Shown in pieces: positions 1 through 9,143 of a stretch of DNA of 64,000 bases. Position 1 is the first letter of the stretch; the number at the start of each line of letters is the position of its first letter. Position numbers and translations under genes: made by a program. The notes beneath the pieces are model-generated. The model was not told the origin of the DNA. It saw only the letters and a program-made list of their open reading frames with translations, and searched no databases. Source of the DNA: Sulfurospirillaceae bacterium (GTDB lineage: Bacteria > Campylobacterota > Campylobacteria > Campylobacterales > Sulfurospirillaceae); NCBI GenBank assembly GCA_033723415.1, contig JAWVXD010000003.1, positions 192,001-256,000 of the forward strand. The letters run 5' to 3'.

Positions 1-35
1 GGAGGTCGGGAGTTCAAGTCTCCCTCTTGACACCA
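1..35 (+). tRNA. 3' part of tRNA with CAT anticodon (Met or Ile2), 5' part outside window; attL side
   Basis: T-arm GGGAG-TTCAAGT-CTCCC and CCA end; the duplicate at 25521 shows the CTCATAA anticodon loop. Confidence 0.85.
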
Positions 36-65
36 CTCAAACCCCTAAAATACGGACTTCTAAAG

Positions 66-1331
66 CTAACTAAAATCAACTTTTTTAAAAGTGTCACCTA
101 AAGTGTCACCAAAAAGATTAATTTTCCTATCTGCATTGATCGCTTTATTTTCAACATATTTGGCATAATGTTTGATTAACATTTGTAGGTCACTATGCCC
201 CAGAATGTTGGCGATTTCCTGCATTGTAAAGGCTTTTGACTCAATCGCACTCACTGCAAAGGTATGGCGACAATTTTTGAGATCCCGATACTCGATACCT
301 AGATCAGAAAGTAGCTTATACCATTTTGTATTGTTTTTTATAGCTTTTCCATTTTTGACGATGAGCCTATCTCCTCTAATATCTTTGATGTCGGCGAGAT
401 GCGAGCCGTCTAAATTCGAAAACAACCAAAGAGATTTTTTCGAGTAAGCTTGTCTTACAAGTTCTTCAAAATATGGTAGAGTAGCATCAAAAATTGGAAT
501 TACTCTGTCTCGGTATTTTGTTTTTGTTTCCTTGACTTTACCCTTTGTTATGTTGCGTTGGATACTAATAGTTTGGTTTACAAAATCAATGTCTCTAAGT
601 TGCAAAGCTAAAATCTCCGCTGGACTCATTCCCTGATTGATGGCAATCCCTAAATAGTAATGAAGTAAATCTCCATATTTTTGTTGGTCTCGGCTTGCAG
701 ATAAAAGCCGTAAAACTTCATTTTTTTCAAAGGGCTTGATAGCATCGGTATTTCTATCTTTTTTTGCATCAAGTTTTATTTCATATGTGAAGTTTTTTAC
801 TACTCCATCATCTGCGGCGACTTCAAAAATCCCGTGTAAAATTCTCAAATATTTTAGCTTAGAATTTTTACTGAGATCTGCACCTGTTTGTGAATGAGTT
901 AGGCTGTTGAGCCAAAGTTTAATATCAAGTTTTGTAATCTTTTTGATATTAACATGTCCAAATTGTAATAAGATACGATTAGCACGATATTCAGCATTCT
1001 GATAATCGTAGTTTTGCTTATAATTGCTAAGAAAAATAGAACAGTAGTATCCAAAATTCTCACTTTTTTTGGCACTAAGTTGCATTTCTTCTTTTTTCCT
1101 TGCGAGCCAAACTGGTAGATATTTTTGCTCCATAAACTTTTGAGTTTTTTCGGTTTTTAGGACTTTTGTACTTTCTTCGATAGTTTTCGATTCTTGATTT
1201 TTAAAGAACACAGTATAACGTATATACCAGAATTTTCGATTTGAGCGATTTAAAATAATCGCCTGCATATCTTCCACATTTATCTCCTTTTGTGAATTTA
1301 AAGGAGATTTAGCAGATACAATTAACGACAT
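66..1331 (-). CDS. int: tyrosine recombinase/integrase (likely GTG start at 1277)
   Basis: GMSPAEILAL, NCRHTFA and LGH...HY motifs; next to att site. Confidence 0.92.
   Translation of the reverse strand: MSLIVSAKSPLNSQKEINVEDMQAIILNRSNRKFWYIRYTVFFKNQESKTIEESTKVLKTEKTQKFMEQKYLPVWLARKKEEMQLSAKKSENFGYYCSIFLSNYKQNYDYQNAEYRANRILLQFGHVNIKKITKLDIKLWLNSLTHSQTGADLSKNSKLKYLRILHGIFEVAADDGVVKNFTYEIKLDAKKDRNTDAIKPFEKNEVLRLLSASRDQQKYGDLLHYYLGIAINQGMSPAEILALQLRDIDFVNQTISIQRNITKGKVKETKTKYRDRVIPIFDATLPYFEELVRQAYSKKSLWLFSNLDGSHLADIKDIRGDRLIVKNGKAIKNNTKWYKLLSDLGIEYRDLKNCRHTFAVSAIESKAFTMQEIANILGHSDLQMLIKHYAKYVENKAINADRKINLFGDTLGDTFKKVDFS
91..109. repeat. putative integrase arm-type sites GTGTCACCTAAAGTGTCAC
   Basis: identical copy at 25416-25434 near the other end. 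Confidence 0.65.
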
Positions 1332-1346
1332 AATGCTACCATTTTT

Positions 1347-1577
1347 TTACTTTCGATTTAGAAGTTCTAGCACTTCGGGTTCAACTTCGTTACCAATAAA
1401 CCAATTTTCGGTCGCTTCAATGTTCCAAATTACAGCTTTTTTAGTTGCTGAACTGCTTGGAGCAGGGAAGTAATGTATGCCTTTAAAAAAATCAATTTCT
1501 TTTCTTTTTCTAAAAAAATCGACAGAGAGATCAAAAACAAGCGGTAAATTTTTCTCTTGTATGTATTTTTTTTCCAT
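1347..1577 (-). CDS. putative excisionase (Xis-like)
   Basis: 76 aa, directly upstream of int, F..GIHY...VIWNIE pattern typical of Xis-like proteins. Confidence 0.65.
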   Translation of the reverse strand: MEKKYIQEKNLPLVFDLSVDFFRKRKEIDFFKGIHYFPAPSSSATKKAVIWNIEATENWFIGNEVEPEVLELLNRK

Positions 1578-1585
1578 TTCTTCTC

Positions 1586-2866
1586 CTAGATTATTGGTAT
1601 ATCAATATTGTTATAAGACTTATCCGAATAACTAAACGACCTATCCGACAAGTATTCTCTTTCCTCAATACCCCTAAATTTGGACTTATCCGAAGAAAAA
1701 GGACTTATCTGACCTATCCGAGAGTTATTTTTATAGACTATTTCGACTTTAGGTTCTTTAATAAGTTCGTAAACATCTCTATTGTTTTTTTCTGGGATTT
1801 TTGTGGCTCTCCAGAGCTTGTCTTTACCAGTTTGGACAACTGTATTATTTTTATCTTTATTTACATACCCTTGGTCGATAAGATGCTTAATTATCTGGCT
1901 GTAAGTTGGTTTTTCGTTTTGATTTTTTAGAAAATCAATAATCTCGGCTTTGATTTCTTCGTGTTCTTCCGTTTCTTTTGCCCAGCTGAGATCTACTTTG
2001 TTGATGGTGTGGGTATCTTGATTGTATGTAAATGCAATTTCTGTCAGCTCGCCGACTCTTTTTTTGATAGGAGTGAAAATAAAAGTTCTCCTAAAATCAT
2101 TTTTTTTAAGTATAAATGCATTTGAAGTATCCTCTTCCCAAGCACTAGAACCTGCGTATGTAAGTTCCGCCAAATCTTTCTGAGGTTTGTTGGTGTGATG
2201 CAGAAATAGTACAGTTGCACCTTGCCGCCGTAGGCTTTTTAACATATTCATGGTCTCTGATACGTCACGATTTTTGTCTCGATCACCTTTAACAAAGTTT
2301 TTTATAGAGTCAAAGACGATAAAGGTGTTAGATAGATCTGTTTCGTAGAGAGTTGATACAATCGAAAGCATTTCTGATTTTTTAGCATTAGACTCGTGGA
2401 AGTATCTAAACTTTTTTCCAAATTTTATTTTTACCGAGTCAATTTCTCTTTCTTTAATCGTTGTTATGCCGTTGTCGCCGTCGAAATAAACTATTCTCTT
2501 CCCGTTTTTTGCAACATAATTTGCAATGCCTATCGCTGTCAAGCTTTTGCCCGATTCTGGTTTTGCGGCAATCATCGTAATTTCATTTTCGACGATCATA
2601 TTTGGGTATAAATAATCAAATTTTGCATTTTTGACTTTAACTGGATCAAGATCAAATTTATCAAGAAATTTTTCTATTTCATCGAAAGATTTTTTTTCTT
2701 TTATGTCGAGATTTTGTTTTAATTTTTCAATTTCGATGTCTATTGCTTCTAGCTCCTCGAAATTTATATATCCGCTAATTTTCAATTTTTCGAGTTGATT
2801 TATTTGTTGCTTTATTGCCTCTTTTTGTTGTACCTTTTTTTCGATTTCGATTATTATTTTATTCAT
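1586..2866 (-). CDS. AAA ATPase, RepA/SF4 helicase-like replication protein
   Basis: Walker A AKPESGKS, Walker B VFDS, LFLHHTNK, GSSAW motifs. Confidence 0.8.
   Translation of the reverse strand: MNKIIIEIEKKVQQKEAIKQQINQLEKLKISGYINFEELEAIDIEIEKLKQNLDIKEKKSFDEIEKFLDKFDLDPVKVKNAKFDYLYPNMIVENEITMIAAKPESGKSLTAIGIANYVAKNGKRIVYFDGDNGITTIKEREIDSVKIKFGKKFRYFHESNAKKSEMLSIVSTLYETDLSNTFIVFDSIKNFVKGDRDKNRDVSETMNMLKSLRRQGATVLFLHHTNKPQKDLAELTYAGSSAWEEDTSNAFILKKNDFRRTFIFTPIKKRVGELTEIAFTYNQDTHTINKVDLSWAKETEEHEEIKAEIIDFLKNQNEKPTYSQIIKHLIDQGYVNKDKNNTVVQTGKDKLWRATKIPEKNNRDVYELIKEPKVEIVYKNNSRIGQISPFSSDKSKFRGIEEREYLSDRSFSYSDKSYNNIDIPII
1618..1732. repeat. iteron block (GACYTATCYGA x5), inverted copy at 25238-25351
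   Basis: direct sequence comparison; both copies translate to QISPFSSDKS.FRGIEEREYLSD. Confidence 0.85.
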
Positions 2867-2879
2867 TTTTCTTTACCTT

Positions 2880-3416
2880 CTATGCAACAAAATTAAAAAG
2901 AGATGGCTGCGTATACTTGCATTCGTGCGCTATTTCAACTTTTTTTTCTTCAATTTTTTGCAAGTCGATTGTCGATTTGCAGGGTAGTCTTTTGCAACTT
3001 GTCCTGCCGTCGAAGTATTCTTCGATTTGAACTAAATTTATATCGATATAATTTTTGTATCTCGGATCGAAAAGATTTTTTAGTTCTGCTACGTAACGAT
3101 CAAGCAGCCATTTCGCCGCTTGCTCTGTGTCGCACAATTTCTTCGCCAAGCCGCCGCAATCCAGCATCGCGCGAAATATCCATTTTTTGATTTTCGCTCG
3201 CATTTTAGCTTCGATCAAGCAGGCGAAATCGTCGATCCGAAACGCCAGCCACTCCCAACTTTTATCAATTTTAAGAATTTCTCTTGCGAACTCTCTGCCA
3301 GCCCCTCCAGCGCCCCAAAACTGGTGCTCTTCTCGCATCGCAACATCTTGCAAAAACGTAATTGGATCTGTCCATTTCGCTGCAAACAACGAAGAATATA
3401 GCTCTTTTGCTTTCAT
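2880..3416 (-). CDS. hypothetical protein, first gene of rep-xis operon
   Basis: 178-aa ORF with AAGGAG RBS. Confidence 0.75.
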   Translation of the reverse strand: MKAKELYSSLFAAKWTDPITFLQDVAMREEHQFWGAGGAGREFAREILKIDKSWEWLAFRIDDFACLIEAKMRAKIKKWIFRAMLDCGGLAKKLCDTEQAAKWLLDRYVAELKNLFDPRYKNYIDINLVQIEEYFDGRTSCKRLPCKSTIDLQKIEEKKVEIAHECKYTQPSLFNFVA

Positions 3417-3484
3417 TTTTTCTCCTTATTTTTCTAAAAAAATAAGGCTAGAGAGAGTAAAGTAGTATTTCGCTATAATTACAC

Positions 3485-3542
3485 TCTTAGCCCGACACGG
3501 TTAAGAGCACCCGAGCGACGACCAAATCAAATCGGGTGCAAC
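3485..3542 (+). ncRNA. putative structured antisense RNA against the rep operon leader
   Basis: TATAAT at ~3474 followed by two GC-rich hairpins in AT-rich context. Confidence 0.35.
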
Positions 3543-3704
3543 ACAAATTGAAGTTTTTGCTATTTTATTTATTCAATTTCAAAAGTTATTATATCAAAAT
3601 CAACCTTTTGTGTCAATATTTTGATGAATTTTTCACTATTTTTATATTTTATATTTTTTTGGTATCATTCTGTGTATATTTTAAACAAATTCAAAAGGAA
3701 CGTT

Positions 3705-4373
3705 ATGAACTCAGCTGAATTAATATTTGAATACATTAAAAAAAAATATAATTTTTCAAAAGATAAAGAAGTTGCGGATAAAATAGGAGTCAATTATAAT
3801 ACTCTCAAAAACTGGGTAGTAAGGGATTCCCCCAACTACCAGGTCATAATTGATTTTGCAAAAACAGAGAAAATTGATTTAAACGAATTATTTAACTCTA
3901 GTCTTGCAGCTCCTTCTTTAGAAAATTCACCCTCGATGATTGCTCTTCAAGAGGCTAATGCCGTGGCGGCAAATGAAAATGAAGTTGCTGATTATCTTAA
4001 AAAATTTACACTCAATAAGTTGCTGCAAAAAATCTTCAATAAAAAAGATGGTTTCTGGGGAAAGCTAACAGATATTATTTTTCCACTTACACAGAGACTT
4101 ATCGTTGTTACGTATAAAATCTTTAAGCACATTTCAAAAGATGAAAATACTGAGATTGATGATGCGAAAAGTTATTTAATTGATAAAATTCAAAATTTAA
4201 AGCTTTTAGAATTTGAACACATTGGAATTACACCATGGGATATTAAAAAACTTGTTTCAATAATTGAAAATATGAATGAGGATGAGTGTAGAATTTTAAT
4301 TGAGGACACAAATCGATCACTGGATCAAATAAGACAATATCTAGGTTTTATTGATCAAATAACAATGAAATAA
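3705..4373 (+). CDS. CI-like HTH repressor
   Basis: DKEVADKIGVNYNTLKNWVVRDS HTH; divergent from rep operon; RBS before 3705. Confidence 0.8.
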   Translation: MNSAELIFEYIKKKYNFSKDKEVADKIGVNYNTLKNWVVRDSPNYQVIIDFAKTEKIDLNELFNSSLAAPSLENSPSMIALQEANAVAANENEVADYLKKFTLNKLLQKIFNKKDGFWGKLTDIIFPLTQRLIVVTYKIFKHISKDENTEIDDAKSYLIDKIQNLKLLEFEHIGITPWDIKKLVSIIENMNEDECRILIEDTNRSLDQIRQYLGFIDQITMK

Positions 4374-4391
4374 GGGCTATTTTAGCCCTTT
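4372..4391. terminator. hairpin between convergent genes
   Basis: AAGGGCTA-TTT-TAGCCCTT. Confidence 0.55.
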
Positions 4392-4547
4392 GCGTTTACA
4401 GTAGCGATAAAACCCATTATATGTAATTTGTACATTATTTGGCATCTTGTGACTTAGTATTTTCCAAATGCTTCTCAAGCTCGCACCAGTTTTTACAAAT
4501 TCCTCGATCTCTTGTCTGTACAGATCCAATATACTTACTTTACTCAT
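4377..4547 (-). CDS. small HTH-like DNA-binding protein (56 aa)
   Basis: hand-translated MSKVSILDLYRQEIEEFVKTGASLRSIWKIL...; GGAGG RBS; below ORF-track cutoff. Confidence 0.65.
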   Translation of the reverse strand: MSKVSILDLYRQEIEEFVKTGASLRSIWKILSHKMPNNVQITYNGFYRYCKRKGLK

Positions 4548-4629
4548 TTTATTCCTCCATTTTCTTTCTTATCTATATTCATAATTCATCACTACTTGCA
4601 CAGTATTTAAACACTTCAAATTTACTTTA

Positions 4630-4770
4630 AATAAAGCTTATTTGAAGTAAATCTAAGCTTCAAAGATACTTTATTTAAGCTCTATTTGAAGTAAATCTAA
4701 AGCTTATTTAGAGCATATTTGAAGTAAATTTAAGCTCCAAAGATACTTTATTTAGAGCTTATATAAAGCT
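4630..4770. repeat. ~11-bp periodic degenerate tandem array
   Basis: TATTTGAAGTAAATYTAA at 4639, 4683, 4716; CAAAGATACTTTATTTA twice. Confidence 0.8.
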
Positions 4771-4948
4771 TTTCAAGGGCTCTTCTAATTTCATGTAAAT
4801 TGTGTAATTCCCAATCAACAAATCTTTTTTTATTGACCATCGAAACATCGTATTTTAGCCTTTCACATTCGTTTTCAAGCTCACTTATTTTCTTCAACAC
4901 CAGTTCGTAAATTTCTTGTGTAGCAGTTGGTAGGATTGGCTTTGTCAT
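4748..4948 (-). CDS. small coiled-coil hypothetical protein
   Basis: MTKPILP start with GGAGG RBS; ATGA overlap with upstream ORF. Confidence 0.6.
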   Translation of the reverse strand: MTKPILPTATQEIYELVLKKISELENECERLKYDVSMVNKKRFVDWELHNLHEIRRALEKLYISSK

Positions 4949-5052
4949 CTTCTGCCTCCAAAACTCGCTAGATATAATAGCATCGTAAAAAACCATTCAA
5001 AACATTTCCAAATTAAACCTATTCCAGTAAAAACAAGATCTATTAGCTTCAT
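4945..5052 (-). CDS. 35-aa hydrophobic peptide
   Basis: MKLIDLVFTGIGLIWKCFEWFFTMLLYLASFGGRR, GAGGTG RBS. Confidence 0.45.
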   Translation of the reverse strand: MKLIDLVFTGIGLIWKCFEWFFTMLLYLASFGGRR

Positions 5053-5129
5053 AATTCCCACCTCTTTATTGTAAATTAATTGTTGTTATCCATATTCATA
5101 ATTGTGTGGTATTGGATACAAAATTTATC

Positions 5130-5149
5130 TGGGGGCAACTTTGCCCCCG
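5130..5149 (-). terminator. terminator after pilus operon
   Basis: GGGGCAA/TTGCCCC hairpin. Confidence 0.55.
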
Positions 5150-5153
5150 ATAG

Positions 5154-5654
5154 TTACCAAGATATGATAAGATTTACCGAAGCGGTTAAGGTACCTGCAT
5201 CACAAGTATATTTTCCAGTACCGCTATCAAGGCTACAACCCGTTATAGGGTAAACATTAGGATATAGTGTTACCGTTTCGGTTGATCCAGTCGCCGTTCT
5301 GTTCCAAGGAGAGTTAGACATTACCAAATTTGTTTTTGATGCGTCTTGATAAAACTTCATCCCGTAGGTACTTCCAGTACCATTTGCCTGCATCGTATAT
5401 TGAGTTGCGTTTGTCGTTATAGAATATGATAATCCACTTGAGCAAGTCAGATCGAAAGTCAAAGGGTTCATCACTTCACCAGTGTTGCTCATAACCGTTG
5501 GAACAGTTCCAAGATCAAGTGTGGTACTCAAGTTTGCAATATTGCAACCTCCAGTATAAGTAATTGTTACTGGAACAGTTGTACTTGTAGAACCAGCAAA
5601 CGATACTGTTGTCAAACAAGCCATTAATATAGCTGTTAAAATACTTTTTTTCAT
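5154..5654 (-). CDS. Csu-type (spore coat U domain) pilin subunit
   Basis: signal peptide, paired Cys, C-terminal GTLTASVNLIISW strand. Confidence 0.8.
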   Translation of the reverse strand: MKKSILTAILMACLTTVSFAGSTSTTVPVTITYTGGCNIANLSTTLDLGTVPTVMSNTGEVMNPLTFDLTCSSGLSYSITTNATQYTMQANGTGSTYGMKFYQDASKTNLVMSNSPWNRTATGSTETVTLYPNVYPITGCSLDSGTGKYTCDAGTLTASVNLIISW

Positions 5655-5664
5655 CTGCACCTCC

Positions 5665-6138
5665 TTACCATGAAATTGTTACATTTAAAGTATCGCTGTA
5701 TGTTCCAGCTGGCGGCAATGGGTTATTATCTGCCATCGCAACTTTTGCATATACATTAATTGTATCGGTTGATCCAGTCGCCGTTCCAGTAATTGTATTT
5801 GCTGTCGTCGCTCCAAGCTCCGTGGTCATACCTGCATCACTGTAAAGTCTATAAGTAATATAATCTGTTCCACTGGCAGCTCTTCTTAATTCACCGTTTG
5901 GATTTCCTCCGCCATCAATTGTTGCTGTCCAATTTAGACCACTATTACAGATAATATCTACATTGAAGTTTGCAGTTGCATCGCTAACACCGCTAAAATC
6001 GAGTGTGAGAGCTGGACTGTTTGTAATGCTACAAGTTTGTTCGGCTGTACCGTTTACCGTTACAGTTCCACCAGTCGTTCCAGCTACTAAACTTATTGCT
6101 CCAAAGAAGAGCATCATAAGACATAAAACCTTTTTCAT
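5665..6138 (-). CDS. Csu-type (spore coat U domain) major pilin
   Basis: signal peptide, ITYRLYSD, PAGTYSDTLNVTISW signature. Confidence 0.88.
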   Translation of the reverse strand: MKKVLCLMMLFFGAISLVAGTTGGTVTVNGTAEQTCSITNSPALTLDFSGVSDATANFNVDIICNSGLNWTATIDGGGNPNGELRRAASGTDYITYRLYSDAGMTTELGATTANTITGTATGSTDTINVYAKVAMADNNPLPPAGTYSDTLNVTISW

Positions 6139-6159
6139 TGTTCCTCCTAAAGTCTAGAT

Positions 6160-6756
6160 TTATTTGCTTTCGCACCTATAAGCATAATTCCCGTGATTTG
6201 TTTCAATCGTTCCGCTTGCTCTTACATTGTCCACCTCCTTAATGTGGTTTGGTAAAACATACTCATTCATCTTCTTATCTGTGATAGATAAGATTTTATA
6301 GTGCATATTCCCACTATTTTTTATTTGAAGTGCATGACCTTTGCAGCTCAATTCAAGTTTTGGTTTTTGAAATTTCGGCAGGATAAAAACGGGAATAGAT
6401 AGAGTCTTTAATACTCTTGTTTGCCCTTCAAACTTATTGATATTCAGCTCTCTTAAGATAAGCCTATAAGATTTTTCTTGGGGTATTAAATTACTTCGTT
6501 TGTTATACACTTTTATCTTTTTTGGAGCTTGTAAGATTCTCGGATATACAACAACTTCATTAGTATTCTCCAACACTTCCTCTCCTTTTGTATCCTGAGT
6601 CCATTTTTTGATGTAAGCTTGATATTTACCGTTATCATCAGCTATGGTAAACTCTTTGTACTTCTTGCCGTATTGAATTTCTACTGGGATTGGATGCACC
6701 TGCAATGCAAAAGCTGCTATACTTGATAGTAGTGACACTAAAACTATTTTCTTCAT
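6160..6756 (-). CDS. fimbrial chaperone (CsuC/PapD-like)
   Basis: VVYPRI, EKSYRLILREL, LSIPVFI, IKNSGNMH motifs. Confidence 0.88.
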   Translation of the reverse strand: MKKIVLVSLLSSIAAFALQVHPIPVEIQYGKKYKEFTIADDNGKYQAYIKKWTQDTKGEEVLENTNEVVVYPRILQAPKKIKVYNKRSNLIPQEKSYRLILRELNINKFEGQTRVLKTLSIPVFILPKFQKPKLELSCKGHALQIKNSGNMHYKILSITDKKMNEYVLPNHIKEVDNVRASGTIETNHGNYAYRCESK

Positions 6757-8744
6757 TTTCTTTTCTCCTGACAGTTGATTTGAACCTCATTGGGTTCTTT
6801 ACCCTTATTCATAAAATTAACTTTGCAACTTGTATTTGGTATTTGAGGGATAAAATCCTCATATTTTCCTATAAAACCATCGATCCAGAACTCACCGTCA
6901 AAGCCAGTAAAATATTCTTTATCTCCGACTTTAAAAGTTTTTTCATTGTATGGCTTGCCGTTTACTTTGATGGTTCCAGTAATCGTTTTATAAAGAGATG
7001 GATCTAACCAATAACCTTGGCCACTTTTTAGAGTTACTGGCGTGCTTGTAAATTTATTCTTCACATCGGTAGTCCAGTAAGACGGTATTCTCTTTAATTC
7101 CTTATCCTCTAACAAATAAGAGCTTGCTGGATAGATGACATCACCAAAGCCACAATTAATGCCCTCTGCAACTACGCAACCGATAGAACCGCTTATACCA
7201 AGATCCCAAGTTGTCTGATCGCTGATTTTTTGAGCATTAAACCAAAAGTTATTTTGATATTTTGCTTTTAATGATGCTTTGTATGTATCGCTCGTATAGC
7301 CTAAATCACTGGTTTGTTTTGAATAACTGGCTTCATATCCAAAACCTTTATGCTCATCCTCAATTGGCATCGATGTAGCTATGTATTTGCTTTGTCCATC
7401 ATCTTTGCTGGTGTTTGCATAGGTAAGAGTGGTTCTTCTACTCCCAATATCAAAATTCCAAACAAACCTTGCACCTATATTATAAGTATGATCTGTATTG
7501 TTAAAATTTGCATTGATTGAGAGATTGAGATTTTTCCAAAGCATTTTAGAGTAACTTACCCCAAAGAGAGTCTGAGCATTTGTGTGAAATTGAAGAGAGA
7601 TATTACCAAACCCTCCAGATACTCCAGCGTTGATCCTAAAATCACTTTTTTTGTCTTTTAGTATCTGCATTGCACCGATGTAATAGTTTTCAGATGAATA
7701 ACTGTAATCTATTGCTGCATTTTTTTTATTATCGATTTGTAATCCGAGTTTACCAAGAGTAGAGAGATAATCGGCCGTAAGTGCAGTTCTGTTAGTATCA
7801 AAAGCAAACCCAACCGTTAAATTGTCTGTAATTCCCTTTCTATAAAACCCACTGTATTGCATTTTTTGCTTTTCGTCTTTACCGATGGCAAAATCATAAT
7901 CGATGCTATCTTTTGCAAGTATATTTTGGTTGTAAAGAAAAGGAACGTCTATCTCTCTTGCATTCCCAAAACTATCAGTCACAACTATTTTTATGTTGTT
8001 TGAAAAATGGCTTATTGGTAAATCTCTTAAGTTGTAGATACCTGCATTTAAGGTAAGCTTTTGGATTATTTGATCATTGTTGTAGATTTCTACCGTTGAT
8101 TGATCATTGATCACTAACTGATAATCAAAAGTTTTTCCATTTTGAACCATCGCTTTATTTGGAGAGATTTGAACTCCCTCAAGAGCATATCCAGCAGTAA
8201 GATAGCTTCCAGATACAGCATAGACACTTCCAAGCTTGAGTTTTTTTTTCTCAAATTCTTTTAAGATGAAGTAGTTTTCGAGTTTATTTTCTTGCTTATC
8301 CGACAATGTTCCTTGAGTGTAGAATAAAGTATTATAAGCAAAAACTCCACTTCCCAGAGTTGCACTTACACCAGTATCTCTTTGTGCAATAGAGTAATTT
8401 AAAAAAGCGGATGTGCTATCTTTAAAGTATTTCTTTTTTTGTTGCCTAAAAGATAGTACTTCTTTTGATAAACATTTTCTTTTAGGCTTTAAAAATAGCT
8501 TTTCATCACTTTCTTGATACACTCCTAGATCTGATAAGTTTTTAGACGAGCATTTGCCAAAGGTAATATTATCATCAGCTATATACTTGCCGTTATCCTG
8601 AGTAAATAAAAAAGTACCTATTTGTTCAGTTCCAACAAATAGATCTAAAACTTTTGGCTCTGCAAAAAGAAAAATGGGTAAAAAGAGAAAAGCCTTAGTT
8701 AGATGCTTCAAACATCGCCCCTCGATCATTAAAGAACCAATCAA
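6753..8744 (-). CDS. fimbrial usher (CsuD/PapC-like, compact; likely TTG start at 8711)
   Basis: AFLNYS, STVEIYNN, GIYNLRDLP, IVVTDSFG, YRKGITDNLTVG usher motifs. Confidence 0.85.
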   Translation of the reverse strand: MIGSLMIEGRCLKHLTKAFLFLPIFLFAEPKVLDLFVGTEQIGTFLFTQDNGKYIADDNITFGKCSSKNLSDLGVYQESDEKLFLKPKRKCLSKEVLSFRQQKKKYFKDSTSAFLNYSIAQRDTGVSATLGSGVFAYNTLFYTQGTLSDKQENKLENYFILKEFEKKKLKLGSVYAVSGSYLTAGYALEGVQISPNKAMVQNGKTFDYQLVINDQSTVEIYNNDQIIQKLTLNAGIYNLRDLPISHFSNNIKIVVTDSFGNAREIDVPFLYNQNILAKDSIDYDFAIGKDEKQKMQYSGFYRKGITDNLTVGFAFDTNRTALTADYLSTLGKLGLQIDNKKNAAIDYSYSSENYYIGAMQILKDKKSDFRINAGVSGGFGNISLQFHTNAQTLFGVSYSKMLWKNLNLSINANFNNTDHTYNIGARFVWNFDIGSRRTTLTYANTSKDDGQSKYIATSMPIEDEHKGFGYEASYSKQTSDLGYTSDTYKASLKAKYQNNFWFNAQKISDQTTWDLGISGSIGCVVAEGINCGFGDVIYPASSYLLEDKELKRIPSYWTTDVKNKFTSTPVTLKSGQGYWLDPSLYKTITGTIKVNGKPYNEKTFKVGDKEYFTGFDGEFWIDGFIGKYEDFIPQIPNTSCKVNFMNKGKEPNEVQINCQEKRK

Positions 8745-8916
8745 TATTTACGTTATATATTTGAATTAAATTTCTTAGAAATTGATATGTAATATTGTAA
8801 GTGTCATTTTCAATGTAAGACAGAGTTCTTTGCTTTATGCCGATTTTCTCTGCGAATTTTTCTTGAGATAATTTAAGAGTTTCTCGAATAAGTTTTACTT
8901 TTTCATGTGCTTGCAT
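8695..8916 (-). CDS. XRE-family HTH regulator heading the pilus operon
   Basis: LSQEKFAEKIGIKQRTLSYIEN; NIDWFFNDRGAMF. Confidence 0.9.
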   Translation of the reverse strand: MQAHEKVKLIRETLKLSQEKFAEKIGIKQRTLSYIENDTYNITYQFLRNLIQIYNVNIDWFFNDRGAMFEASN

Positions 8917-9143
8917 TGTTTCTCCTTTTTATAATTTAAAATGTTTTATATCTATATTCATAATCAAGCAGATGGGGTATTAAATTACTTCGTTTTACAA
9001 CACAAAAAAGATGGCTTAGAGGTATTAAATTACTTCGTTTCAGATTGAAAAAGCCGATTTTTGGTACAATATTAGAGCAGAAAAGAGTAGGGTATTAAAT
9101 TACTTCGTTTTTAGAGCAAACAATGTAAAATAGGGAGCTTGAA

